Of a stretch of DNA of 64,000 bases, positions 12,618-23,746 are shown piece by piece. Origin of the DNA: Mayamaea pseudoterrestris (lineage: Eukaryota). The position numbers and the translations under genes are program-made. The stretch is from assembly GCA_027923505.1 (NCBI GenBank), contig BROI01000023.1:62001-126000 (forward strand), written 5' to 3'. The number at the start of each line of letters is the position of its first letter. The stretch's first letter is position 1. The notes beneath the pieces are model-generated. The model made no database searches, had not been told where the DNA came from, and saw only the letters and a list, made by a program, of their open reading frames with translations.

Positions 12618-15600
12618 TCATAATTTTTGCAGCTCGTCGTATAAATGTTCTTTTTCGTCATCGTAAACTCTCAGCAGACGGCGGAATTTCCGCGCTATAC
12701 TCGGATTTCGAATGAGACGATCATCCAGCGATCGTGCTCGTTGCCTGGCAGGTGATTTTGATCGCCGTCGTCCACGAGAAATGTCCCTTTCAAAACTATC
12801 TTTCGCACGAGACATATAGTGCTCAATCAAAGGAGATTTCCGTGGTTTTTCCGATAGCCGAGAAATGACAGAAGCAGCACTGCAGTAGCCCGCTGATAGT
12901 GTTGATTCCTCTATAGTACTGCTCTCTCGTCGCATCAGATACGAATTTATGGATGCACGACCTTTGTCGTTTGCTACCTCGTTCGTTTGTGGTGGAGCAA
13001 GGTCCTTTTTCCGCCGGATAATGTTAGTTTTTGGTGGAGCAAGAGCGACTTCAATACTCGACTTTTCGCCCTCATTGATTCTTTGTGCCATGTGTTGGCA
13101 AGAATTCGCTGACTGCGCCGTTGCTGTAGATAGAGCTAGTGATGTGAAAGACGCTCGCGCCTTTCCGTCGGGTGCGCGATTTGCACTCGTTTCATTGAAA
13201 GGAATCGGAGAGCCACTTTTTAATGTGCAAGGGAAATGCCCTCTATTCCCTTGTGTATCATCGCCCTCGAAAGGATTTTCTTCCATGCCAACCCTGTCGT
13301 AGCACCGATATGTCTTGTAACTGTCAGTAAGTGGCATGTTGGCTTGCAGATGCCCACGAATTTCGGACGACTGGGTCGGAAAGAATGGGGAGGATGGCAC
13401 AGCAACCCATGCGCTTCTGTTTTTGGTCGACTTGCTGTTATTCATCGCGTCGTAATTACGGGAAATTTTGGTCAACTCATTGGACAAGTCGTCCACAATT
13501 TCGGCTGCATCTAGCGACGAAGCCGCGGCATCATCGAACGGAACGCGGCCGCTGGTTGCATTAAAACTCCCTCCGATTGATACTACATCGCCGTCGCGAC
13601 GCTTATAATCTCCGTCGCTACCGCATTGTGACGCCGAGGTTCGAATCGATGTTGGCATTTCCAGACTCACAAACTTGGCTTCAAGCCCAGCAGCTGCGTC
13701 CATGCTAGTTTCGAGTAGGTCAATTCGATTGCGCAGCATGGAAGAGTCCCATGGATGCGCCCTCTTCATTGCCATGTTGCCATTGATATCGCCTTCTCTA
13801 GCAGTAGCATCGGGCGCGTCAAAAGAGAATACGCGCGACAAGCTTGCAGTCAACTGATCCCATCGGGAAATCTTGTCTGCAATATCCTCGGCATCCGAAG
13901 CAACAACCACTGGAACTTGTGAGTGACTCGCCGCCGGCAAACTAAGTTCGATTCTCTCATCTTTCGTCAGAGATCTGTCCCTCTCATGATCGTGCATCGT
14001 GACCGCCTGCTCTGCCTGCTCTTTATTGGGCATTTTAATGACGACATTTTCCGCTTGTAGCAACGTTGTACACTTGGTTTCAATTGAACCAGGTGGCGGT
14101 GTGCCTGACCGCCGCTGTTTTCTCTTGTTGATTTTTGTTGGACCGTTATCTACGACGAGCGCCTCCCGAAATTGACTCCTGGTCTTTAGACTACGAAAGT
14201 TGTTGTAAGTCTGCAAACCAGACGGCCTTGGTTTCCCCGCCGAGCATGGTGCTTGCACCAGAAGAGCATCTTGTTTCGCATAAGTAGGATTCGTGAGGGA
14301 GGAAACACTAGTTTCGTCGTCGTCGTCGTTGTCATCATCATCACTGTCCTGTAGATCATCTTCTTCCTTTGAAGGGTCAACCGGTGTCTGGGGAACAATT
14401 CGGGACGATGATTGTTGACGTGGTATCGAAGCATTCTGGTTGTGCGTATGCGAAAGAACAGTGCCTTGCCGCGCCAAAATGGCATCAATTTGAGCCAAAG
14501 CAGCTCTGGGGTCGTCGCGGCTAACCGTCTTTAGCTCCGCGACCAAGTCGACAAAGCTTCCACTCTTTGGAGACGACGCTGGCGGGACCGATACATGACT
14601 TTTTGGAACTGGCGGCGAGGTGATACGCATGATCGTCGCCCTGCTTCGCTGATGGGACGCAACACTCCGATCCGGTGTCGTCCGAACGGCAGCGTCAATG
14701 AACCGAGACGAAAAACGATTCTTGGTAGTACTAGAAGTCATGATGGTCACGCCGGATCGAAGACTTGCGGTAGACCGACTCGTCCGAGGTGACAGCGACC
14801 GAGCGTGTCGAGCTAGTTTGGAATCCAACCGATTTGTATCGCGTCGGACTGATTCGACAGCGGCTGGCGGTTTCAGTGCCTTCATAATTGTGATACCTGC
14901 TTTTGCCTGATCCGTCTGTGCATGATACGTTTGAGCAAAACGGCTCGTTCGGAACCGGTCGTCAAGTGCTTGCTGCTGCTTCATGGTCCGCATGGAACTA
15001 TCAACTTCCCTCCTGTTAGCCTTGCTGCGCTGCCACGCCTCCGTCTGCGGCTTGAGTTTTTCACTCTGCTCATCCCAAAGCTTGTGCTTGATCGCCTGAA
15101 CTCGTGACGATTGCAACGAAGGCGAGGACATGCTGTCCGTCACGGAAGTAGACTTGTCCATGCAGGACTGCTTGGGCGATGCATGTTGCAGCGAGTCGCC
15201 ATCGATCCTTGCTCCCGATAGTCGCTTATTTCGTGGGAGCGCATCGTAACGACGAGCAAGCGCTGGTGGCTGCACGATAAAGTTGTCCGAGTCGTCATGT
15301 TTCTCGACAGAATATGAATTATCATGTTTCGGAAATTCGTTTGGATTGGCATGTCTATGGGCTAGATGCGCAGCCTGTATCACTTTGGATGGAGTAGTTG
15401 TTTGTGACTTTGGAACATGCTGCTGCACCAGCTGCTCGCGCGTCGGCTTGAGAAACTCCAATACAATGGGCGCACTCTGCTGGTCTTTCCCAAACACTTC
15501 AGGATCCGTTGTGAATGTATCATCATCCGTCGTGTTCATTATTTCCTGAAAGTCTTCCAAATGTTGCGCTAGCTTTGGTGTCTGCTGCTGATTGCTGCTT

Positions 15601-16418
15601 GTCATTGAGTGGCTCGTTTCCCTTTTGTTCGCATTAGCCTGTTGTCGACGCTTTTGAAGCAAGGTTCGCAGTCGCGAAGTATTCATAGATTCCTTATGCG
15701 GCTGCTGCTGCTGCAAGTCCTCCTCCTTCTTCTCCTCCTCTTCATTTTGTTTCGAAAACTCCTTTACTGCTGTTGCTTTCGAATAAGGTTGTTGCTGCTG
15801 ATTTTTAGACAAGGCGTGCGCGTGACGCTGCTTCAAGTAGGCATGAATGCGCTCCTGGCTCGAGGGCGTTCCTGGTTCACTCATGGCGGCAGTTCCTCGG
15901 CGGCGGGCAGGTGAGTCAATGAGCGGATGCGGTTTTGAGTTTGAAGTAGAAGCAAATGCTTGCTGCGGAGAAGAGTCATTGTGGATTGTTGCGTCATCGT
16001 TCGCTCCATCATATCCACTATTGTGACAATTTTTATCTGGCGACGGACTCACAAGGCGCGCCTGTTCGACGGACGATTCTCGCCGATTTGAACGTAAATC
16101 AGTCTGGTAGTGTCTGACATTGTCATGACTATTGGGCGTCCAGCTCTGTGCGTATCTTGGCTGCTGCTGTCGTTCCTCGGTAGCCGTTTTGATGCGCAGC
16201 AAAAGATCGCTATTGTTGGCTTCCTTTGGATGCGACCTCGGAAACAAGTGACTATTGCCGCCACTATGCTTCGAACTGCTGATTTCCTTGCTCAAGGAAG
16301 TATCGTACGTATTCGCAAATGAATTGGAAGTGCTGCTGCTTGGAGCAGCCTGTTGATTGCTTGGAGACGAATGATAGCTGCGAATCGTCAGACGAGGCTG
16401 ACTGGTGCGGGGACTCAT
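12618..16418 (-). CDS. Large low-complexity (S/Q/R-rich), probably disordered hypothetical protein
   Basis: 1266-aa uninterrupted ORF, convergent with the chorein-N gene; no recognisable domain. Confidence 0.75.
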   Translation of the reverse strand: MSPRTSQPRLTIRSYHSSPSNQQAAPSSSTSNSFANTYDTSLSKEISSSKHSGGNSHLFPRSHPKEANNSDLLLRIKTATEERQQQPRYAQSWTPNSHDNVRHYQTDLRSNRRESSVEQARLVSPSPDKNCHNSGYDGANDDATIHNDSSPQQAFASTSNSKPHPLIDSPARRRGTAAMSEPGTPSSQERIHAYLKQRHAHALSKNQQQQPYSKATAVKEFSKQNEEEEKKEEDLQQQQPHKESMNTSRLRTLLQKRRQQANANKRETSHSMTSSNQQQTPKLAQHLEDFQEIMNTTDDDTFTTDPEVFGKDQQSAPIVLEFLKPTREQLVQQHVPKSQTTTPSKVIQAAHLAHRHANPNEFPKHDNSYSVEKHDDSDNFIVQPPALARRYDALPRNKRLSGARIDGDSLQHASPKQSCMDKSTSVTDSMSSPSLQSSRVQAIKHKLWDEQSEKLKPQTEAWQRSKANRREVDSSMRTMKQQQALDDRFRTSRFAQTYHAQTDQAKAGITIMKALKPPAAVESVRRDTNRLDSKLARHARSLSPRTSRSTASLRSGVTIMTSSTTKNRFSSRFIDAAVRTTPDRSVASHQRSRATIMRITSPPVPKSHVSVPPASSPKSGSFVDLVAELKTVSRDDPRAALAQIDAILARQGTVLSHTHNQNASIPRQQSSSRIVPQTPVDPSKEEDDLQDSDDDDNDDDDETSVSSLTNPTYAKQDALLVQAPCSAGKPRPSGLQTYNNFRSLKTRSQFREALVVDNGPTKINKRKQRRSGTPPPGSIETKCTTLLQAENVVIKMPNKEQAEQAVTMHDHERDRSLTKDERIELSLPAASHSQVPVVVASDAEDIADKISRWDQLTASLSRVFSFDAPDATAREGDINGNMAMKRAHPWDSSMLRNRIDLLETSMDAAAGLEAKFVSLEMPTSIRTSASQCGSDGDYKRRDGDVVSIGGSFNATSGRVPFDDAAASSLDAAEIVDDLSNELTKISRNYDAMNNSKSTKNRSAWVAVPSSPFFPTQSSEIRGHLQANMPLTDSYKTYRCYDRVGMEENPFEGDDTQGNRGHFPCTLKSGSPIPFNETSANRAPDGKARASFTSLALSTATAQSANSCQHMAQRINEGEKSSIEVALAPPKTNIIRRKKDLAPPQTNEVANDKGRASINSYLMRRESSTIEESTLSAGYCSAASVISRLSEKPRKSPLIEHYMSRAKDSFERDISRGRRRSKSPARQRARSLDDRLIRNPSIARKFRRLLRVYDDEKEHLYDELQKL

Positions 16419-16955
16419 TCAACGACGAGTTTCTTTCGTTTCTTGACCCGCCCGCTAGCTTTGATACTTGTAAGTCGTTGCTACTGAACTGTAGATGCAT
16501 TAACAACAACGACGAGCCAGTGAATTGCGTCGCGCCATGGCCGAAGCAAGCAACAACAACGAATCCAAACCCTTGGCGCGCAGCGCGCGTGCCGGTGCAC
16601 ACAAAAAAGGTGCTCCAACGGATAGCAACCACAAACAATATTAAGGTTGGGGTTACGCAATCTACTACTTGCTGCTTGTCGATTTATCTCCCAGGTAGAA
16701 GGAACCTGTAATGAATGTAATTGACGACAAAGTAGTGTTTATTGCCTTGAACGATACTCATGTCTTTTCTATTGCGAACTTGGCGCGAATCTTGGACGCC
16801 TGCTTTTATTTTGCCGGAAGTGGGAGGACAATCTTACGTACTTGACAAACATAAAAATATCTTCCAGCTATCCGGACTAACATCTACGAATGAATCCGTG
16901 TTAATGCTTAACGTGCTAACTTTTCTATGACTGACTACCTAGAATCTCCATGAGA

Positions 16956-17969
16956 CTATGCTCCAGCACCAGCATTAATTCTCCATAAGTCCAACTCCTT
17001 TAAATTCCGATCAAACATAGATTGACTGCCACAGTAGCGATCCATTAGAATCATTTCAGGAATTGTCTCACTCATTTTACGTGGCTTGTATCGCGTTCGT
17101 GTCATATATTGGTGGGTACGGCCTCGATCAATCCATTCGTCAAGGGCCACCTCATCATCACATTCGTCAATTGCCTTGAAGCAGGCCATTTGATACTCGT
17201 AAATGGCTCGCGGAGTATCCAGTGTCGTGCGCAAAACCTCCATGACGAGACCGATATGAAAGTGAAAGAACGCTCTGGCCGAGAGACTCTCGTCGCATCG
17301 TTCCTTTTCGCGATCGTTCAACTTGTCACGCATCCTAGTCAAATGCACACTTAAATCTTCCATGATTCGCCCCTTTCGTAACTTTATACCACCATCCTTT
17401 TTGACACCGTTCATTCGATTGGTTGGCGACAAGACAAACTTGTAGAAAATGTCTCGTCGTCGACGCAAGAGTGATTGTGACGGCTGCTTCTGGAAGACTT
17501 GAACGCAAAACAGGTACCAGGCGCCATTCTTCTTTATAGGAATGCTACAATCGCGACTGCTGAGAAAGTCTGATTCTGATACATCAATGACTCGTCGACC
17601 GGCGCGAGGGCAGCATCCAGGGTTCGGCATTGCTCGGTCAAGTTCATTGACTTGGCAACATCGATGATCCAATGGATCTCGAGTACTTTGATGCGCCGCA
17701 CAACTTTGTGTCTTTGTCTCTGGACACGGCCAATCTGCCTGCGTCCAGATGACTGGCAACGGAAAGTGGCGATTGGCCGCTTCGGGTAGGATAAAGTAAC
17801 CAGTATGGTTGGTCCGATGGATCAAGCGGAAATGATCCATGGATGTCGACCGGCTCAGCGTTTGCGACGCTGCCGAAGCGGAGGTTGAGGTGCATGACAT
17901 GGAGGAAGAATATGATGACATGTTTAGTTGTTGTAAGTCCTCTTTACAGCTCATTTCTTCACTCGACAT
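16956..17969 (-). CDS. Hypothetical protein (Cys/His-rich central region, helical C-terminus)
   Basis: ~337-aa ORF from the ATG at 17969; no family recognised. Confidence 0.6.
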   Translation of the reverse strand: MSSEEMSCKEDLQQLNMSSYSSSMSCTSTSASAASQTLSRSTSMDHFRLIHRTNHTGYFILPEAANRHFPLPVIWTQADWPCPETKTQSCAAHQSTRDPLDHRCCQVNELDRAMPNPGCCPRAGRRVIDVSESDFLSSRDCSIPIKKNGAWYLFCVQVFQKQPSQSLLRRRRDIFYKFVLSPTNRMNGVKKDGGIKLRKGRIMEDLSVHLTRMRDKLNDREKERCDESLSARAFFHFHIGLVMEVLRTTLDTPRAIYEYQMACFKAIDECDDEVALDEWIDRGRTHQYMTRTRYKPRKMSETIPEMILMDRYCGSQSMFDRNLKELDLWRINAGAGA

Positions 17970-18398
17970 ATTATTCAACTCAAAAATCAGTCACAGCTTG
18001 GATGGATGCTTGGTCCTTGGTTTGATCCTCCCACAGAATTTTTTGGCCGCGGTGTTTGAATTTTGAATCGAACTGCCAGAGCACTCTATGCGCCACAGTA
18101 AATTGCTGCGGCATAACATGCACGCGTTGAAACGCACGATTATAGCGAGCCGGCCGCGCCTTTGGCGCGCGCGTTCACGACATTCCACTCACATCGCCAA
18201 TGAAAAAATGTGGGTAGAGTCGACTTCACTACCTCCGCAATATCTCACCGTAGACATTCACTTCATCAGTCAAGTTGCCGCAAAGCAAGGACGAGAAAAA
18301 GCCAAGGCAAAAGCAAGTTCTCCAGGCCAGACAAAGGAAAGCGTTGACGGGAGACTATTCAAACGCAACCGAAAACCAACAAGACGCAGTGATCAGTG

Positions 18399-20198
18399 AT
18401 GTCCATGTCCACGAACGAACGTTCGTTAGGGTCGCCTAAAACGACCCAGAAACGATCGAGCGAAGGGTCTTCTACCGGCGTGGCGGATCCCACAGCAGAA
18501 TTCGATGCTCCTTCACCTATGCAGAAAAACAAACTCACTGCCTATTTTGCTCGGCGTGAGTCAGCGTCTCCCCGAAGCAAGCCCACAGCTGAGGCGCCAA
18601 GCTTTGAGGAGTATCAGTCACTAAAGCTTTCATCTATACAAACTCATCACTATCGGCCCGACAAGCAGTACGTCATGACAAGTGGTCCGGTTGCCGCCTC
18701 ATCAAGGCCTGCTACTATGCTTAGTACTTCAACACGAAATTCTCGCGAACGAGAAGACATTTTAATGCAAATGATGAAATCGATCAAGTATGCCCGCAGC
18801 CGAAATCGTTATGAAGAAAGGAGCGGGTGTATTCGACCTGCGAAGCAAACGATACAAAATGGCGAAGGCTGTTACGAAGAGCCCCTGGAAAACGTGCCCC
18901 TGCTCGGATTCCATTGGCAGGCCGAGACTAACGTTTACATTCCCGACAAAGTCGGAATTCTTCCGGCCGCAGTATGGAACAAAATGCACAGGGAAGGACG
19001 CATTGATCCTTCTGGGGCTTTTCAAGCAAAAATAACACCAACGAAATGTGATACAGGAATATTCCCAGCGCCAAAGGGGAATCCATTGACTGGCTGTCTC
19101 TGGAATTTTGTGCAAGGTGTATGGATGACAGTGGCGCACGCAGCCAACTATCCCGCAAATGATTTTTGCATTGACCATCTTCACAATGAAGCAATTGCGA
19201 TGCAGCCGCGCAAGATGTCAAAGACACGTAAAAATGGACAATATTCATTTCGGGCGAAAGCCGAGCATGATGGCCGCTTGCTTTCCGATGGCTGCATCGA
19301 GCCTGAAAACGGTACATTTCGAGACGCTAGTGGATTTTTTCTGCGTCCTTACGGACCAAATCCTAAGGGATATTGCTGGGATGCAAGAGTCGGACTTTGG
19401 ATGGAGTCCATGCCAGATGAGTCGCTTGATTCGGAGAATCAGAACCAACAAGATACGAGTATGAGATCATCAACGCTAGCCCGAGCTGCTACTGATTCCC
19501 AGAACGTCATTTACAACAGGTCGACAGAGCCGCAAGTAAATGTTGCAATTGCAGCTACACGCGGGGGCACCAAGGAGCATCAAGCGTCTTTTGCACAGAC
19601 CGACCCACATTTATCAATTAACATCAAAAATAACAATGGTTATAAGCATTCCGCAGCCTCGTGTGCTTCTTTAAATCGCAATCGCTACTCGAACAATCGG
19701 CATTCCTATCCAAGTGTCACTTCCATTATAAATCATGGACGCACAAAACCAGTGCACAGGATAAGCCGAGGCATGCCGGTACCTAGCGTCAATGGTACAA
19801 TGATACATGGAAGAATGGCGACCGCAAGTGATATTGCTATACCTGGTGGCAAGCGCCAAAAAGTGAGCGTGGCATCGGCGTCTGCAGTCTTGGATGGGCA
19901 TGACATTCACTCGAATTCGTTGCCTATTGAGTGGGAGGAGCTGCGCGAACGAGTTCTCAGGTGCCTACTTCATCGCAAAACGTTTTATGAGGCCCTTTGC
20001 ACTTACATCGACGAAGGCGAGGTGGAGCAGATGATGAGGCGCGGGAGAAAGGCCTATAACATTCTCATTCGCCGCGAGCAGAACATTTGCGAGGATTACG
20101 AATTTCTTAAGAATGGTCTCCTCTTGTCATTTGACTCTGACGAGTCCACACTTATTGACTCTATCATTAATGTCCTTGCAATGTTCTCGGATGATTGA
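18399..20198 (+). CDS. Hypothetical protein with three copies of an unnamed 'GR..GCI.P...PxG[FYC]xW....G.[WY]' module and a helical C-terminal domain
   Basis: ~600-aa ORF with internal repeats PLLGFHWQAETNVY, PLTGCLWNFVQGVW and PKGYCWDARVGLW; paralogous to the next gene. Confidence 0.75.
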   Translation: MSMSTNERSLGSPKTTQKRSSEGSSTGVADPTAEFDAPSPMQKNKLTAYFARRESASPRSKPTAEAPSFEEYQSLKLSSIQTHHYRPDKQYVMTSGPVAASSRPATMLSTSTRNSREREDILMQMMKSIKYARSRNRYEERSGCIRPAKQTIQNGEGCYEEPLENVPLLGFHWQAETNVYIPDKVGILPAAVWNKMHREGRIDPSGAFQAKITPTKCDTGIFPAPKGNPLTGCLWNFVQGVWMTVAHAANYPANDFCIDHLHNEAIAMQPRKMSKTRKNGQYSFRAKAEHDGRLLSDGCIEPENGTFRDASGFFLRPYGPNPKGYCWDARVGLWMESMPDESLDSENQNQQDTSMRSSTLARAATDSQNVIYNRSTEPQVNVAIAATRGGTKEHQASFAQTDPHLSINIKNNNGYKHSAASCASLNRNRYSNNRHSYPSVTSIINHGRTKPVHRISRGMPVPSVNGTMIHGRMATASDIAIPGGKRQKVSVASASAVLDGHDIHSNSLPIEWEELRERVLRCLLHRKTFYEALCTYIDEGEVEQMMRRGRKAYNILIRREQNICEDYEFLKNGLLLSFDSDESTLIDSIINVLAMFSDD

Positions 20199-20640
20199 TG
20201 AGACGGAAATATCGGTGATCTGCTGTTGTCCAAATCTTTGATTACTGTCTCCGAGCTCGAGTGTATGTTTATGACCGGTATTCTAAAAAAAGTCAAGTTT
20301 AAGTTATTCAGTTACCTGTCAAAGTGCCTCTTGACTGAGCTACTTCATTCCAGTTATTGCCTGCTGATTGTCCAAACGCGCATAGTATCGGTATACTTTC
20401 CACCGTTGGCCCAATCTACAATTACTGTACCGGTAGCTAACAACTCGACCCGCGCCGACATCATACCGGTACGACTTTTCCTGGCCGCGCCGCGCCACAC
20501 ACCGTTCTCGAGCGCGATCTTTCCGAGTCGAGTTGCACAATCATCGCTCATCGCAGAAACCAAATCAAAGGTGCGACGTTACAGTTTAGCAACAGCACGC
20601 AAAAGGATTTTACCAAGGGCGTGTATAAAGTAACTCTGTC

Positions 20641-23256
20641 ATGTCGAATGCAATCTCAGTGAACGCAAATGCGACGGAAGCAATTGAATGTTTAATGGTC
20701 ATGTCTGGAGGTTTTCAGGGGATGCCTTGGAATGATCGCCAAGAAACGCGCCCGGAGCCAGAAGTTTGGTCAGTCCATTCAAGCAGCGACGATGAAGAAG
20801 AAGGCGACGATTTAGCTGACGGTGATTCAATTGCAGAGACTATTGAGAGTGCCCCGGCTTGCGAACTTGTTGAAGATGAAGAAGGCGACGACGACGAGGC
20901 GGTCTCCGAGGTCATCAACGTCGTAACACCTATGAAGACCAGCAAAACTTCAATGGCAGCAAATACGACGAAGCGAGACACTGACCATGCAGGAGCAAAG
21001 GATCCAGAGCAGCTGACACGCTTCAACAAGGCCTCGGCTGCAACAGACGGCTCAGCTGACAGTTTATCCTCAAGAACGGATCGGTCCATCCCGACGAAGA
21101 ATACTCGGTCAACAATGGCTCCATCACCCGGTCGACCTGGCATAAGCAAGCCATCGCGAAAGACTCTCAATAAGCACGACTCGCAAAACAATCCAATCAA
21201 ACGGTCTGTAGCGTCCAAGCAGGAGTGCCTCGTCGAGCCACTAGAAGGCAATGTTCCTCCTGCCAAGGGATCCGAGTCACTAGAAACCAAGAATGACTCG
21301 ACTTCTGATGACACGAGGGACTCAGAAAAACCAGATTTGGATCAATACAAGGCTCCTGCGGCGAAAGCAGCGAATGAACGTTTGCCACCTGGGCCATTGT
21401 CTGCCGTTTCTAATTCTGACGAGGAAAGCAGCAAGGTTGCGAAAACTATGGCTGAACATGCGTCTAATGCTTCAAACTCGGACGACGAGGATGACCGCAA
21501 GCCAGCTGCGAAAACAGAGGAGGAGCTGCTAGCCGCACAATATGTGGAGGAGGTAGAAGTTACACTTGGCGAGCTCGGTTTCACCTTTAGCGAACATGAC
21601 AACGGCAAGGCGAATTCCAAGAAATGCGGCATTGCCGCAGCTGCCGCTGCACGAGACCAACATGCCGCTCGTCGACCTCATCAAAATGTTGCTGGCGGTA
21701 AGATCCGAAAGTTGGCTAGCATTAAAACTCCTGGCGATTTAGGCGTGTCGCTGTTCGGCTGGCGTCAGAGTCATGCTTCGACTGATATGTTGGACACTGT
21801 TAGATGGGCAAAAAGCGTTCGACGCTATGATGAGAGAAACATGTGCATATTGCCGGCCGATACTGGCAATTGTCAAGATCGTGACGGAAGGCATGCTGAA
21901 TCAGTCGAAATGTTTCCATTGGTTGGGTTCCAATGGAACCCGGCCAGGGGTGTATACATGCGCGACGACCGCAAGTCCAAGCCACCCGACGGGCCCACGG
22001 ACAAGCCTGCAGTGATAAAACCAAAACGTAAATACCAGCAGAGAAAGGATAACGTCCAGCGTGAGTCGATGTTCACGCAAGCAAAGATGGCAAAACCTTA
22101 CGCCACGGACGCCATTCGCGTGGCAGAAAATGATGGTCGTCTACGGCTCATGGACGAGGGTCGTACACTCGTCCTTAAACCAAAACGTGATTGCAAGCTT
22201 AAGAGGAGGAGCGACGGCACTTATTCTCAACCGAAAAAGCTTCCAAAAGGATTTGTATGGGATAAGAAGCGACGTCATGCGCTCTTTCTTAATTTCGACC
22301 CGAAAGTGCATTTAGAAAGAAGCGCCGACGATGATCAGAGCAAACGTCCAAGACCTTACAATCGAAATGCAGTTAATGAGAAGCTAATTTCCTCTCCAGA
22401 CGCTGTCATTTTAGAAGAGAGTGAGGCAGTTGCCAGCGACCCCGATGCAAACGAACGTTCAGACGAGGATAGCCTTTACAGGCTTTCCACAAACCAAACG
22501 ACCAATATTTCGAAGCCTGGTTTTAAGCGTCACCAGAGCAAACCATCTCCTCGGACCAGGCTATCAACTGCAGAGATGAACTCGATGCCCACACGCAGTG
22601 CTAGGGACCGCAATGTCAGCGTCCCCCCAGAGACGAGGTCATTTAGTTTGGCAAAACGTCGGGAGAATCAACATTTGGAAGCCTGCAGACTTACTGGGGA
22701 TGGTGATTCCACCCAGTCACCAGCTTGCGATGAAGACGACGAGCCTTTCGAGCCCCATTCAAGCAAGACCCAAAACAGGATCAGCAGCAACTCATCATCC
22801 AAATCTTCTCCGTGCTCGCTTCGCCGGCAAACTGAGTCATTGAAGCGAGGTAAAGCTTCTTCATTGGCAGCATCAAAGGCAGTCACTAGTCCAGCCAAAC
22901 GTCACAAAAAGAACGCCAAAGAGACTGTCGCTGACGCGTCTCATCAAGGTGAAGACCAAGCAAAACCGGTATACGAGAGTTGGCAGTCGCAACAAGAAGC
23001 AATCCTTGAGGTAATTCTTCGCATGAATAATGATCTGTTCCCAGAGCTTTCGCTAGCGGAACAAGCCAAGGTCAACCTCAAGGCAAACGAGATTTATCGT
23101 ACACTTCTCATGCCAGAAACTGCAAACGGCAAGTATCAAGCAATCAAAAGGACGATTGAAATGATGTTTAAGTTGAACTGCGGCGATCCGCTGCGCATCT
23201 TGCGACGGACCATTGAACTAATGTATGACGTTGATTCGAAGAATTCAAGCCGATGA
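20641..23256 (+). CDS. Hypothetical protein, tandem paralogue of 18399-20198 (two module copies plus the shared C-terminal domain)
   Basis: 871-aa ORF; PLVGFQWNPARGVY and LPKGFVWDKKRRH; C-terminal W..Q.E.IL...IY..LL...Y..IK..I...F pattern shared with the upstream gene. Confidence 0.75.
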   Translation: MSNAISVNANATEAIECLMVMSGGFQGMPWNDRQETRPEPEVWSVHSSSDDEEEGDDLADGDSIAETIESAPACELVEDEEGDDDEAVSEVINVVTPMKTSKTSMAANTTKRDTDHAGAKDPEQLTRFNKASAATDGSADSLSSRTDRSIPTKNTRSTMAPSPGRPGISKPSRKTLNKHDSQNNPIKRSVASKQECLVEPLEGNVPPAKGSESLETKNDSTSDDTRDSEKPDLDQYKAPAAKAANERLPPGPLSAVSNSDEESSKVAKTMAEHASNASNSDDEDDRKPAAKTEEELLAAQYVEEVEVTLGELGFTFSEHDNGKANSKKCGIAAAAAARDQHAARRPHQNVAGGKIRKLASIKTPGDLGVSLFGWRQSHASTDMLDTVRWAKSVRRYDERNMCILPADTGNCQDRDGRHAESVEMFPLVGFQWNPARGVYMRDDRKSKPPDGPTDKPAVIKPKRKYQQRKDNVQRESMFTQAKMAKPYATDAIRVAENDGRLRLMDEGRTLVLKPKRDCKLKRRSDGTYSQPKKLPKGFVWDKKRRHALFLNFDPKVHLERSADDDQSKRPRPYNRNAVNEKLISSPDAVILEESEAVASDPDANERSDEDSLYRLSTNQTTNISKPGFKRHQSKPSPRTRLSTAEMNSMPTRSARDRNVSVPPETRSFSLAKRRENQHLEACRLTGDGDSTQSPACDEDDEPFEPHSSKTQNRISSNSSSKSSPCSLRRQTESLKRGKASSLAASKAVTSPAKRHKKNAKETVADASHQGEDQAKPVYESWQSQQEAILEVILRMNNDLFPELSLAEQAKVNLKANEIYRTLLMPETANGKYQAIKRTIEMMFKLNCGDPLRILRRTIELMYDVDSKNSSR

Positions 23257-23558
23257 ACCGATGAACGGACAGTGATTGAACAGGGCCACATTTCGCCTCC
23301 CATATGCTGCGCAAAACCATTTGATATATTAAAAAGCTCTCTTTCTATCCTTGTAGTTGAAACAATTGTTGCTCCTCTCACTTTAAATACGCGGCGGGAA
23401 AGATCAAGTGCTAGTCTAGGCGCCTTGAAAGCGCACGCGAAATGGCACCGTCGTCATGATCTCATCGTTGTCAAAGCTGCCGCGCCCAGCGGTGCCAGTG
23501 TCACCTTGAGAGTACACATCGACGTCAGCAGTCCGTGACGTCACATTGACTATGGACA

Positions 23559-23697
23559 AAAGTGTACTGCCAAAAACTTTGATTTTTATCAAAGTTATTG
23601 GCACTGTAGAGTAAAGTGTAGTGCCAAAAACTTTCATTTTCAAAGTTATCGGCACTATCAGACAAAGTGTACTTCCAAAAACTTTGATTTTCAAAAA
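23559..23697. repeat. ~52-bp tandem repeat (about 2.7 copies); each full unit is an imperfect inverted repeat
   Basis: Units begin aaagtgta at 23559, 23613 and 23664; within a unit a(c/g)tgccaaaaacttt pairs with aaagttat(t/c)ggcact. Confidence 0.85.
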
Positions 23698-23746
23698 CTA
23701 ATCGAAGACACAGCGCGCCACTATCATTTTTTCATCAGTCTGCGCC

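Noticed and set aside
23416..23694. 92-aa minus-strand ORF with KVFGST repeats
   Set aside because: Translation of the 52-bp hairpin repeat; non-ATG start and no other support
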